In this document: one piece after another, positions 1 through 8,338 of the stretch
Numbering within the stretch: the stretch's first letter is position 1
Layout of the letters: each line of letters starts with the position of its first letter
Source of the DNA: an uncultured Gammaproteobacteria bacterium
Lineage (GTDB): Bacteria > Patescibacteriota > Microgenomatia > Daviesbacterales > UBA10151
Direction of reading: 5' to 3'
Length of the DNA stretch: 64,000 bases
Assembly (NCBI GenBank): GCA_964551605.1
Contig: CAZKCV010000004.1
Span: forward strand, 7,331-71,330
Made by a program: the position numbers and the translations under genes
Notes under the pieces: model-generated
Told to the model about the DNA's origin: nothing
Databases searched by the model: none
What the model saw: only the letters and a program-made list of their open reading frames with translations

Positions 1-626
1 TTGGGATTATGGCAGTCTTAGCCCCGGGATTTTTGGAAAAATCGTTGCAAATTAAGGCTGCTGATGCCTCATACGTCCTGATTATTCCTTTAGGACTGGG
101 GATTGTCACAGGAGGGATCATTTTGGGTAGGTTCGGCAGCAGCTTGATTAAAAGAAAATTAGTGGCCCGGGCCATTCTTTTTATCGGGTTGCTGCTTTTT
201 CTGGTTGGTTTAGCCCCGCTGATTTCCCCGGCTATCCGTTATTTCCAGTCCCCTAAGCCGGTACCATTTTTATACCAACCGCCGCTTTCCAAAGTATTAG
301 TCATAGGGTCGTTTTTAATAGGGATGGCAGTGGTTTCAATCCTGATTCCTTCCCAAACAGTGCTTCAGCAAAATACGCCCGAAGCAGACCGGGGTAAGGT
401 TTTTGCTGTCTTAGGGGTAGCTATGTCTGCACTCTCTTTAGTCCCAATTTTTCTGGTAGGTATTTTGGCTGATGTTTTCGGCACCACCCCTATTTTTATC
501 GGACTGGGGGCTTTAGTGATTGCGGTGGGGCTCTTTGGGCTTAATCCCAGTTTATTCTTTCGCAAGCACGAGTTATCTTACCGGGTCAGGGAATTTTTGG
601 GATTGGGGCATTGGGAAGGCAAGTGA
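1..626 (+). CDS. MFS-type transporter, C-terminal part (5' end lies outside the window)
   Basis: Open frame from the window edge; multiple hydrophobic helices and an MFS-like C-terminal half. The ORF track starts at 9 but the frame is open upstream. Confidence 0.55.
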   Translation, partial: GIMAVLAPGFLEKSLQIKAADASYVLIIPLGLGIVTGGIILGRFGSSLIKRKLVARAILFIGLLLFLVGLAPLISPAIRYFQSPKPVPFLYQPPLSKVLVIGSFLIGMAVVSILIPSQTVLQQNTPEADRGKVFAVLGVAMSALSLVPIFLVGILADVFGTTPIFIGLGALVIAVGLFGLNPSLFFRKHELSYRVREFLGLGHWEGK

Positions 627-1684
627 TGTTTCTGAAAAAGCTGAACTTAACTAATTTTCGAAATTATGCTAGTTTAGAGCTGGAATTTGATCACAGGCCG
701 ACTATTTTAGTTGGCAATAACGCGGCCGGCAAATCGAATATCCTGGAAGCAGTTTATCTTTTATCAACCTCTAAATCCTTAAGGGTAGAAACAGAAGATG
801 AGTTAATAAAGCAGGGAGAAAGTTTTGCTAGAGCGGAAGGTTTCTTGGAAAACGCAGGAGATCTGGCACTATTGGTCATGATCAACAGACCCAGCAAAGA
901 AGTACTTTTTAGGAAGAAAGTACTGGTAAATGGAGTTTCCCGAAGAGTGGTGGATTTTATCGGAAACTTACCGGCAGTTATCTTCTATCCGTCTGACATT
1001 AATCTGGTGACCGGCTCACCCAGCCTTCGCCGCTGGCACCTGGATTTGAGCCTGGCTCAAATTGATCCGCAATATAAAAAGGCGCTGACTTCGTATGAAC
1101 AATTCCTGACTGCCAGGAATAGGGTTTTGAAAAGGATTAGGGAAGGGCATGGCAGAAAGGATGAATTAGATTATTGGACCGGCGAGCTGGTAAAAAATGG
1201 CCAGGTTATTTCGGAAAAAAGAATGGTATTTTTTAGTTTCATCAATCCGGCGGTTGCCGGACCTTTAGGAGAATTTCGGTTTGGATACAAGCCCAGTGAG
1301 GTCACTGTTGAGAAGTTGACTGAAACAAATGGCAGGGAGGTGGCAGCAGCAGCTACATTAATTGGTCCGCATAGGGATGATTTTGATATATTACTAGAGA
1401 ATCGCAATATTGCTCATTTCGGCTCCCGGGGTGAACAGAGAACCGGCACTTTGGCTTTTAAATTAGCTCAGCTTGAATATATGGCTAAAATATTGGGGAA
1501 GCGGCCAATACTTTTACTGGATGATGTTTTTTCTGAATTGGATGCCGACCATCGCGCTCATGTAGTGGCAGTGGTCAGCAAACAGCAAACCATTATTGCT
1601 ACAGTAGAGTTGGAAAATATCCCCCAGGATTTTCTAAATGCAGCCAGAATCTTGAGAGTAGAGGATGGGAAGATCAGCGCTTAA
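611..1684 (+). CDS. recF: DNA replication and repair protein RecF
   Basis: N-terminus LNLTNFRNY..LEF with a Walker A GNNAAGKSNILEA; C-terminal LLLDDV..ELD signature of SMC-like RecF; 357 aa. Confidence 0.9.
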   Translation: MGRQVMFLKKLNLTNFRNYASLELEFDHRPTILVGNNAAGKSNILEAVYLLSTSKSLRVETEDELIKQGESFARAEGFLENAGDLALLVMINRPSKEVLFRKKVLVNGVSRRVVDFIGNLPAVIFYPSDINLVTGSPSLRRWHLDLSLAQIDPQYKKALTSYEQFLTARNRVLKRIREGHGRKDELDYWTGELVKNGQVISEKRMVFFSFINPAVAGPLGEFRFGYKPSEVTVEKLTETNGREVAAAATLIGPHRDDFDILLENRNIAHFGSRGEQRTGTLAFKLAQLEYMAKILGKRPILLLDDVFSELDADHRAHVVAVVSKQQTIIATVELENIPQDFLNAARILRVEDGKISA

Positions 1685-2003
1685 GTCCCCACCTTTGAGC
1701 TAATCGGGAAAGCTGGAAAGTCACCAGTACACCCAATAAGGTAACTAAGATCGCATAGATAAATCTTGATAATACTCCTGAGCCGGGTACAGTAGGTTCG
1801 ATGAAGTCTTTAACTGTTTGTTGGATTGTTTCATTCCAGGCTAAAGCTGCGGCAAAACCAAAAGCAGACGTTGATAGGGTGACCAGTTGAGCTGTAAACT
1901 CCTTATAAGGAGACCTTGAAAGCTTGCTTGAAAGGTTTCCTTTCAAGCTTCGCTTATAGAAAACTAATCCATTCTTTTTCTTCTTGGCCATATCTTGTAT
2001 CAT
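1674..2003 (-). CDS. Small hypothetical membrane protein containing an in-frame palindromic insertion (family B)
   Basis: 109-aa ORF. Its N-terminal region (YKRSLKGNLSSKLS) is encoded by the palindrome cttgaaaggtttcctttcaag flanked by aagcttcgctta. Confidence 0.35.
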   Translation of the reverse strand: MIQDMAKKKKNGLVFYKRSLKGNLSSKLSRSPYKEFTAQLVTLSTSAFGFAAALAWNETIQQTVKDFIEPTVPGSGVLSRFIYAILVTLLGVLVTFQLSRLAQRWGLKR

Positions 2004-2010
2004 ATAACAA

Positions 2011-3066
2011 ATGACGAACTTAGTTAAACTGCCCGGTTTAATTGATCCTCATGTTCATCTTCGCGAGCCGGGTGCTACCCAGAAGGAGGATTTTGAAACC
2101 GGCACCAAGGCCGCTATTGCGGGAGGCTACACTACAGTTTTAGATATGCCTAATAACCCGATAGCCACAGTATCCCCGGAAGCTTTACAGGAAAAAATAA
2201 ATTTAGCCAGTAATAAAATCTACTGTGATGTGGGGTTTCACTTTGGGGCCAGCGGTAAAAGTGTCCAGTATTTTCAGGAAGTTGCCCCTAAAGTTTTCGG
2301 ACTGAAGGTTTATATGAACCAGACCACCGGAGATTTGTTAATTGAAGACGATAATATTTTAGAGTCAATTTTTTCTGCCTGGCCTAAAAATATACCGGTC
2401 ATGGTGCATGCAGAAGGGGATACGCTGCAAAAAGCTATTTCTTTAGCCAAAAAATTTAGTAATCGATTACATGTTTGTCATGTTTCCTTAAGAAAGGAGA
2501 TTGCAGCTATTAAAGCGGCCAAAGAAGCTGGTATGGAAATAAGCTGTGAAGTGAGCTGCCATCACCTGTTTTTAACTGATGAAGATGCAAAAAGATTGGG
2601 TCCATACGGACTAATGAAGCCACCGCTTTCGAGTAAAGAAGATCAAGTTGCCTTGTGGGATGGGTTAAAAGACGGGACTATTGATATGATTGCCTCTGAC
2701 CATGCTCCGCATACCAAAGAGGAGAAGCAAGGGGAAAAACCACCCTTTGGTGTACCGGGATTGGAAACTACGCTATCATTGCTTCTGACAGCTGTAAATA
2801 ATGGCCGGTTGACTGTTGAAAGGTTGATTGAGTTAACTTCCGTAAGTCCCCGGAAAGTTTTTGGCATTCCTGAACAAAATGATACTTATGTTGAGGTGGA
2901 TATGGAGGAGAATTGGACAATTAATGATAAGAACTTGCAAACTAAATGCGGCTGGACCCCCTTTGCAGGAATGAAAGTCACAGGGAAAGTGAAAAAGGTG
3001 GTTTTAAGAGGGAAAATGGTATTTGATGGGCAGACTATCTTTGGTCCATACGGACAGATTCTCTGA
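2011..3066 (+). CDS. pyrC: Dihydroorotase (amidohydrolase family, type I signature)
   Basis: DPHVHLREPG metal-binding signature, a second His cluster (VHAEG) and SDHAPH; 351 aa. Confidence 0.75.
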   Translation: MTNLVKLPGLIDPHVHLREPGATQKEDFETGTKAAIAGGYTTVLDMPNNPIATVSPEALQEKINLASNKIYCDVGFHFGASGKSVQYFQEVAPKVFGLKVYMNQTTGDLLIEDDNILESIFSAWPKNIPVMVHAEGDTLQKAISLAKKFSNRLHVCHVSLRKEIAAIKAAKEAGMEISCEVSCHHLFLTDEDAKRLGPYGLMKPPLSSKEDQVALWDGLKDGTIDMIASDHAPHTKEEKQGEKPPFGVPGLETTLSLLLTAVNNGRLTVERLIELTSVSPRKVFGIPEQNDTYVEVDMEENWTINDKNLQTKCGWTPFAGMKVTGKVKKVVLRGKMVFDGQTIFGPYGQIL

Positions 3067-3067
3067 A

Positions 3068-3096
3068 TTGACACTTTGGTTTTTTTGTGCTATATT
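3068..3096 (+). promoter_or_regulatory. Sigma70-type promoter: TTGACA (3068-3073), 17-nt spacer, TATATT (3091-3096)
   Basis: Consensus -35 hexamer with a good -10 at canonical spacing, directly upstream of the structured leader. Confidence 0.5.
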
Positions 3097-3099
3097 TTA

Positions 3100-3362
3100 T
3101 AGTTAAATGCGTTTGTTTGCGTAAGCAACGATAAGTCCGCCGCAGCGGACGAGCAGCATACATCAGCCTTCGGGTAGAGTATGACAGAAATTGAACTGTA
3201 TAAATACAATAAGCGTGTCGGTAGCGGAGCGCTAATGAGGATTACCTCAAACAGTCTCCGCCGAAAGGCGGATTTTAAATGGGTAATCGAATACAAGGTG
3301 GCACCACGGAGATCCCGTCCTTGAGTTTAACTTTAATGTTAAAGTCAGAGACGGGATTTTTT
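3100..3362 (+). promoter_or_regulatory. T-box-riboswitch-like leader in front of the argHGF operon
   Basis: The sequence aatacaaGGTGGCACCACGGag resembles the T-box consensus AAUUAGGGUGGUACCGCGG. It is preceded by a small hairpin (ccgcc gaaa ggcgg) and followed by a terminator. Stem I and the specifier were not resolved by eye. Confidence 0.45.
3312..3362 (+). terminator. Intrinsic terminator (putative T-box terminator)
   Basis: Stem atcccgtc(3312-3319)/gacgggat(3350-3357) with an internal hairpin, then TTTTT (3358-3362). The argH ATG at 3363 follows immediately. Confidence 0.55.
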
Positions 3363-4565
3363 ATGAAAAAATTATGGCAGAAAAGTGAATATAAGTTAGA
3401 CCCGGTTGTGGAAGCCTTTGAAACCAAAGGAGATCTTTTGATGGATCAAAAACTGCTCAAATTTGATGTGCAGGGTTCATTAGCCCATGCCAAAATGCTT
3501 TTTAAGATCGGAATTTTATCTAAAAAAGAACTGGAAAAGATAGAAAAAGCTCTTAAGGAGATTTTGGATTTGGATAGAGCCGGGAAGTTTAATTTGGAAA
3601 TGGGGGATGAAGACATACACACCAAGATTGAAAACTATATTACCGAAAAATATGGTGAAGTGGGTCAAAAGCTGCATACCGGCAGGTCCAGAAATGACCA
3701 AGTACTAACTATGATCAGGCTTTATGGTAAAGACCAATTAGAGGCTATTGAGCTTGAATTAAATAACCTAATCAAGAGTTTTACTGTTTTTTCCCAAAAA
3801 TATGGTGCCATTAAAATGCCAGGTTATACCCATATGCAAAAAGCCATGCCTTCTTCAATTAAGATTTGGTGTGGTAGCTTTTTAAGCTCGTTACAGGATG
3901 ATATGGTTTTGCTTAAAAGTGCGATGGAGTTAAATAATCAGTCGCCTTTAGGATCAGGAGCAGGTTATGGTGTGCCGCTTGATCTGGACAAGAAATATTC
4001 TGCCAAGCTATTAGGATTTTCAAAAGTGCAGGAAAATCCGCTTTATTGTCAAAACTCCAAAGGTAAAACTGAGGCAGTAGTAATTGCCGGTTTAATTAGT
4101 ATTCTGCAAACTATAAATAAGTTTGCTTCAGATATGTTGTTGTTTACAACTGCTGAATTTGGTTTCTTTGTAATGTCTGACAAGGTGACTACCGGTTCCA
4201 GTATTATGCCGCAGAAAAAGAATGTGGATTTAGCAGAGTTACTAAGGGGTAAAGTTTCCCTGGTGTTAGGAAATTATGTTCAAATGGTCAGCCTTACGAC
4301 TAACTTAATCTCCGGTTATAACCGGGATTTGCAGGATATTAAAAAACCTTTAATAGAAAGCTTGGAAACCACTTTGGACAGCCTGAAAGTAACTAAGATT
4401 TTACTGGAGAATTCAACTCCTAATCAGGAAGTCCTGGAAAAAGCCATGACTCCGGAAATATTTGCTGCTGAAAAAGCTTTGGATTTAGTTAAAAAAGGAA
4501 TGCCGTTTAGAATAGCATATCAAAGAATCGGAGAGGAGGTGGATAACAGTGAAACAAACAACTAG
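3363..4565 (+). CDS. argH: Argininosuccinate lyase
   Basis: N-terminus MKKLWQ.. matches the conserved MKLWGGRF start of ArgH. Fumarase/lyase family features, the GSS..PQKKN region and ~400 aa length. The ORF-track start at 3279 lies inside the leader/terminator and was rejected. Confidence 0.85.
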   Translation: MKKLWQKSEYKLDPVVEAFETKGDLLMDQKLLKFDVQGSLAHAKMLFKIGILSKKELEKIEKALKEILDLDRAGKFNLEMGDEDIHTKIENYITEKYGEVGQKLHTGRSRNDQVLTMIRLYGKDQLEAIELELNNLIKSFTVFSQKYGAIKMPGYTHMQKAMPSSIKIWCGSFLSSLQDDMVLLKSAMELNNQSPLGSGAGYGVPLDLDKKYSAKLLGFSKVQENPLYCQNSKGKTEAVVIAGLISILQTINKFASDMLLFTTAEFGFFVMSDKVTTGSSIMPQKKNVDLAELLRGKVSLVLGNYVQMVSLTTNLISGYNRDLQDIKKPLIESLETTLDSLKVTKILLENSTPNQEVLEKAMTPEIFAAEKALDLVKKGMPFRIAYQRIGEEVDNSETNN

Positions 4566-5805
4566 TTATATTAAAGTTGCTTCTCATGAAGGTAAAGTCG
4601 GGGAAGTTAAAAAGGTGCTCCTGCTTTATTCCGGAGGATTGGATACCTCAGTCATGCTGAAATGGATCCAGGACCAGTATAAATGTCAGGTAGTAACCTT
4701 AACAGCGGATTTAGGTCAGCAACACGATGATTTGGAGGCGATTAAGCAAAAAGCACTCAAGTTCGGAGCAAAAGAAGCAGTAGTTTTGGATTTAAAAGAT
4801 GAGTTTGCTAATGAATATATTAGTAAGGGCATTAAAGCTAATGCTTCTTACCAGGGTAATTATTATTTATCAACTCCGATGGGCAGGGCGGTTTTAGGGA
4901 AAGAGGTGGTGAAGGTTGCTAAAAAATATGGTTGTGATGCGATTGCGCATGGCTGTACGGGTAAAGGAAATGACCAGGTTAGAATTGAGAGCTATATTTT
5001 AACCCATGATCCGAAAATGAAAATTGTTGCCCCTGTCAGGGAGTGGGCTATGGATAGAAATGAAGAAATCGCTTATGCGAAGAAACATGGAATACCAATT
5101 CCGGCGACAGTGGATTTTCCATACAGCGATGATGACAATATGTGGGGGATTACCTGGGAAGGCGGAGAGATAACTGACCCTAGTTTAATCGTATCTGAGG
5201 AAAAATTTCTAACAACTTATACTTTACCTAGAGATGCTTCTGATAAAGAGGAATTAGTAAAGCTTAAATTTGAAAAAGGAATTCCGGTTGCTTTAAATGG
5301 GGAAAAATTGAGTTTAGCTAAGTTAGTTATCAGACTGAATAAACTGGCAGGTAAACATGGTGTGGGAACATTTCAGATTCTGGAAGACAGGTTAATCGGA
5401 CTTAAAAACAGGGGAGTGTATGAACATCCTGGTGCCCATGTCATTATTGAAGCTCACAAAAACCTGGAAAAGTATGTTTCTACCCGGGTATTAAATGAGC
5501 TAAAAGCAATAATGGATATTAAATGGGGATATTTGTGTTACGGGGCATTGTGGTTTGATCCGGCAATGAAGGCAATAAATGCTTTCAATGACCAGGTTAA
5601 CGAAAAAGTTACCGGCGAAGTAATTATTAAATTATTTAAGGGTAGTACTACGGTAGTGGCTGTAAAGTCACCTTTTGCCTTAGATTATGCCTCATTTAAT
5701 AATACTGAGGGGTATGAGTTTAATGTCAACGCTGCTGCCGGGTTTATTGAGACTTACTCTTTGCAAATGAAGCTGGCTAATCAAGTAGGGAAAGGAAAAA
5801 AGTGA
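4549..5805 (+). CDS. argG: Argininosuccinate synthase
   Basis: VLLLYSGGLDTSV PP-loop motif, ~418 aa, ArgG-type C-terminus. GTG start behind a GGAGAGGAGGTGG SD. Confidence 0.9.
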   Translation: MKQTTSYIKVASHEGKVGEVKKVLLLYSGGLDTSVMLKWIQDQYKCQVVTLTADLGQQHDDLEAIKQKALKFGAKEAVVLDLKDEFANEYISKGIKANASYQGNYYLSTPMGRAVLGKEVVKVAKKYGCDAIAHGCTGKGNDQVRIESYILTHDPKMKIVAPVREWAMDRNEEIAYAKKHGIPIPATVDFPYSDDDNMWGITWEGGEITDPSLIVSEEKFLTTYTLPRDASDKEELVKLKFEKGIPVALNGEKLSLAKLVIRLNKLAGKHGVGTFQILEDRLIGLKNRGVYEHPGAHVIIEAHKNLEKYVSTRVLNELKAIMDIKWGYLCYGALWFDPAMKAINAFNDQVNEKVTGEVIIKLFKGSTTVVAVKSPFALDYASFNNTEGYEFNVNAAAGFIETYSLQMKLANQVGKGKK

Positions 5806-6740
5806 GCAAAGTACAGCATCTTTTGTCCATTACTGATTTATCAGCCAAAGAAATTTGGTCAGTTTTTAAACTGGCCAAAAAGCTCAAACAGGAGCTTAAA
5901 AGCAAGGGTAGTAATAAGCCTTTTCTTAAAGGTAAATCCTTAGTGCTTATTTTTGAAAAGCAGTCGCTTCGCACCAGGATATCCTTTGAGATCGGCATGG
6001 CTCAGTTCGGCGGTCATACTCTTTATCTTGACCCGCGGGATACCGGGATTGGGGTCAGGGAGTCAGAAGCAGATATTGCCAGAGTACTTTCCGGCATGGC
6101 AGATATCATCGCAGCCAGGACTTACTCGCATCAGACAATCGTGGACATTGCCCAAAATGCCACGATTCCGGTAATTAACGCCTTGTCAGATATAGAACAC
6201 CCGTGTCAGGCATTAACAGACCTGTTTACTATTTGGGAAGTTAAAAATTATAAGAATTTATCCGGATTAACTGTTAGTTATGTGGGGGATGGAGATAATA
6301 ATGTGGCCCATTCTTTATGTCTGGGTACCGCAATGTTGGGGATGAATTTTAGGTGTGGATCACCAAAGGGTTATTCTTTGAATTCAGAAATAGTTAAAAG
6401 AGCCAGAAAATATCAGGCAAATATTTTGCAAACCGAAGATCCCAAAGAGGCAGTTTCAGGAGCCGATATAGTAGTGACTGATACTTGGATTAGTATGGGT
6501 GATACGGATAAAGAGGGTAGGATTAAAAAATTCAAAAAGTATCAGGTGACTCAGGCTTTAATGAGATATGCCAAGAAGGATGCCATTTTTATGCATTGTC
6601 TGCCAGCCTACAGGGGGAAGGAAGTGACTGCTGAAGTAATTGACGGTCCGCAGTCAGTGGTTTTCCAGGAAGCAGAAAATAGGCTTCATGTCCAGAAGGC
6701 TTTGATATTTTTCCTTTTAGGGAATAGAGCGAATCATTAA
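5802..6740 (+). CDS. argF: Ornithine carbamoyltransferase
   Basis: SLRTRISFE (STRTR-type carbamoyl-phosphate motif), DTWISMG and HCLPA, which distinguish OTC from ATCase. Confidence 0.85.
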   Translation: MSKVQHLLSITDLSAKEIWSVFKLAKKLKQELKSKGSNKPFLKGKSLVLIFEKQSLRTRISFEIGMAQFGGHTLYLDPRDTGIGVRESEADIARVLSGMADIIAARTYSHQTIVDIAQNATIPVINALSDIEHPCQALTDLFTIWEVKNYKNLSGLTVSYVGDGDNNVAHSLCLGTAMLGMNFRCGSPKGYSLNSEIVKRARKYQANILQTEDPKEAVSGADIVVTDTWISMGDTDKEGRIKKFKKYQVTQALMRYAKKDAIFMHCLPAYRGKEVTAEVIDGPQSVVFQEAENRLHVQKALIFFLLGNRANH

Positions 6741-6762
6741 TATGATAAAAGAAAAAGAAAGT

Positions 6763-7737
6763 TTATTTAACTAACTTATTACTAAAGACTTCAGCCAGCA
6801 TGCAACGGGCACTGCCGCCGCCGATTGTCTCTATGGTAGGAATGCTAACAGGGACAAGGTCACCATGATCTAGTAGTTGTTTTCTTTGATCTTTAGTAAA
6901 CGCATCATACGCCGTAACAGACATTATGATTTTATTCTTTCCTAAAATGGATCTTACCTGTAAGATGTTGCCGCAAAAAGAATGTAGTTGATCTAAGGTA
7001 ATCGGTATAGTTTCTAATCCCAATGTAGTCAGTTCCTTTTTAACAGTTTCGCGTTCTCTAACGTCTTTCATTGCCTCAAAACACACAGTAGAAAAATCTT
7101 CACCAATGGTCATTACTACATTCGTGTGATAAATTGGTTTTTTGTTTTTATCATATGCATGAAATTTGACTGGTCGGTAACCAGTTTTGTTGCAGAAATC
7201 ATCTAAAACTGAACAAGATGTTCTAGCAGATTCATGAGCAAAAGCTACTTTTCTTCTGCGATCAAGAATGAGGCTTCCGGTACCTTCAAGAAAAGACTCT
7301 GTTGCTTCATAATGAGTAAGATCCAAGATGGCTGAATGATCAATTTGAAGTCCCAGAGCCCGGCTGACATTGTCCAATTGTCTTTCAGCTCTCCTATTTG
7401 GAGCAAGCATAGGATACAGGATGATATTCGTGCTGCTTAATTCATTATGGAAGGAAATCCAGTTATTAGGAAAAACTGCATCAGGCGTGATTACATCTTC
7501 TCTGCTAGGACAGATTAAGACTCTGATATTATTCTTACGTAACGAAGCTACTGCGGCATTAAATTCTAACACAGCCTTATTACGGATTTCTTCGGAGTTA
7601 TGCGGTAAATTATTTTGGAAAGTATTAGTAGTGGCGGTTTGATTATTGAAACCAAATTGATCGGGGCTAATCATTAAGAGGGTATCTGTTAATTGGGCAG
7701 ACTTAGACGACAAGAGTGCTTCTGTTGTAGTAGTCAT
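6763..7737 (-). CDS. Amidinotransferase-superfamily hydrolase (CtlX/DDAH/arginine-deiminase-related), C-terminal catalytic Cys
   Basis: 324 aa; C-terminus GGGSARCMLAEVF is typical of the catalytic Cys of guanidino-group-modifying enzymes. Confidence 0.5.
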   Translation of the reverse strand: MTTTTEALLSSKSAQLTDTLLMISPDQFGFNNQTATTNTFQNNLPHNSEEIRNKAVLEFNAAVASLRKNNIRVLICPSREDVITPDAVFPNNWISFHNELSSTNIILYPMLAPNRRAERQLDNVSRALGLQIDHSAILDLTHYEATESFLEGTGSLILDRRRKVAFAHESARTSCSVLDDFCNKTGYRPVKFHAYDKNKKPIYHTNVVMTIGEDFSTVCFEAMKDVRERETVKKELTTLGLETIPITLDQLHSFCGNILQVRSILGKNKIIMSVTAYDAFTKDQRKQLLDHGDLVPVSIPTIETIGGGSARCMLAEVFSNKLVK

Positions 7738-7798
7738 AAGATTTAGGCAATGTATAGGATCTTATACCTCGGATTTAAGGTTGTCAATAATTCGCAAC

Positions 7799-8299
7799 TT
7801 AAAAAGTTGGTGTAGGATGGGTGGGGAAAGGACTGAGCGGATAAGGGAGAATAGTTACCCTTAGTCCGGTTGCCTGATCCACATGATCAGTGCCGCGCTT
7901 TGCGCCCAGCTTGATCATGGTCATAGATTTTAATATTTCTGGTGGGTATCTATTGTCGTTTCCGACAGCACATTTAACAGCTTCTGCAAGGGAAAAAGGA
8001 TCCTGATCTATAACCAAATATAGTCCTTCGCCGCATTGTTTTCTGCGTGAGTTGCACACCTGTAATATTTGTTCCGCTCTTTCCTGATCTGAATCGCATA
8101 CGACGAGAGGAGAGGGGTCTGGTATTCCGGCCTCAGTTAATAATTTGCCCGCTTCTTCTTTGATTATTGTATCAGGCAAGCCTTCTTTGCGACTAAGGAA
8201 ACTTCCGCCATACGAACAGTGGACTGTTTTTACAAAAGGACAAATATCTTGAATCCTTGTTTCTGTTGCATTACCAATTAAAATAATACGTTCAGCCAT
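7799..8299 (-). CDS. Hypothetical protein
   Basis: 166-aa ORF between argS and the amidinotransferase-like gene; no motif recognised. Confidence 0.3.
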   Translation of the reverse strand: MAERIILIGNATETRIQDICPFVKTVHCSYGGSFLSRKEGLPDTIIKEEAGKLLTEAGIPDPSPLVVCDSDQERAEQILQVCNSRRKQCGEGLYLVIDQDPFSLAEAVKCAVGNDNRYPPEILKSMTMIKLGAKRGTDHVDQATGLRVTILPYPLSPFPTHPTPTF

Positions 8300-8338
8300 A
8301 CAAGATTTCTATAACATATATGAAATATAATTTCAATA

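Noticed and set aside
365-565. Minus-strand ORFs nested inside clear genes (for example 365-565, 1171-1407, 9387-9976, 16130-16411, 20917-21336, 50330-50816, 54907-55569)
   Set aside because: Antisense or alternate-frame ORFs within well-supported CDSs; no motifs. Several fall in the GC-rich region where random ORFs are long.
3279-3362. ORF-track N-terminal extension of argH (MGNRIQGG...)
   Set aside because: It overlaps the leader's terminator hairpin and T-box-like sequence. The conserved ArgH N-terminus begins at the ATG at 3363.
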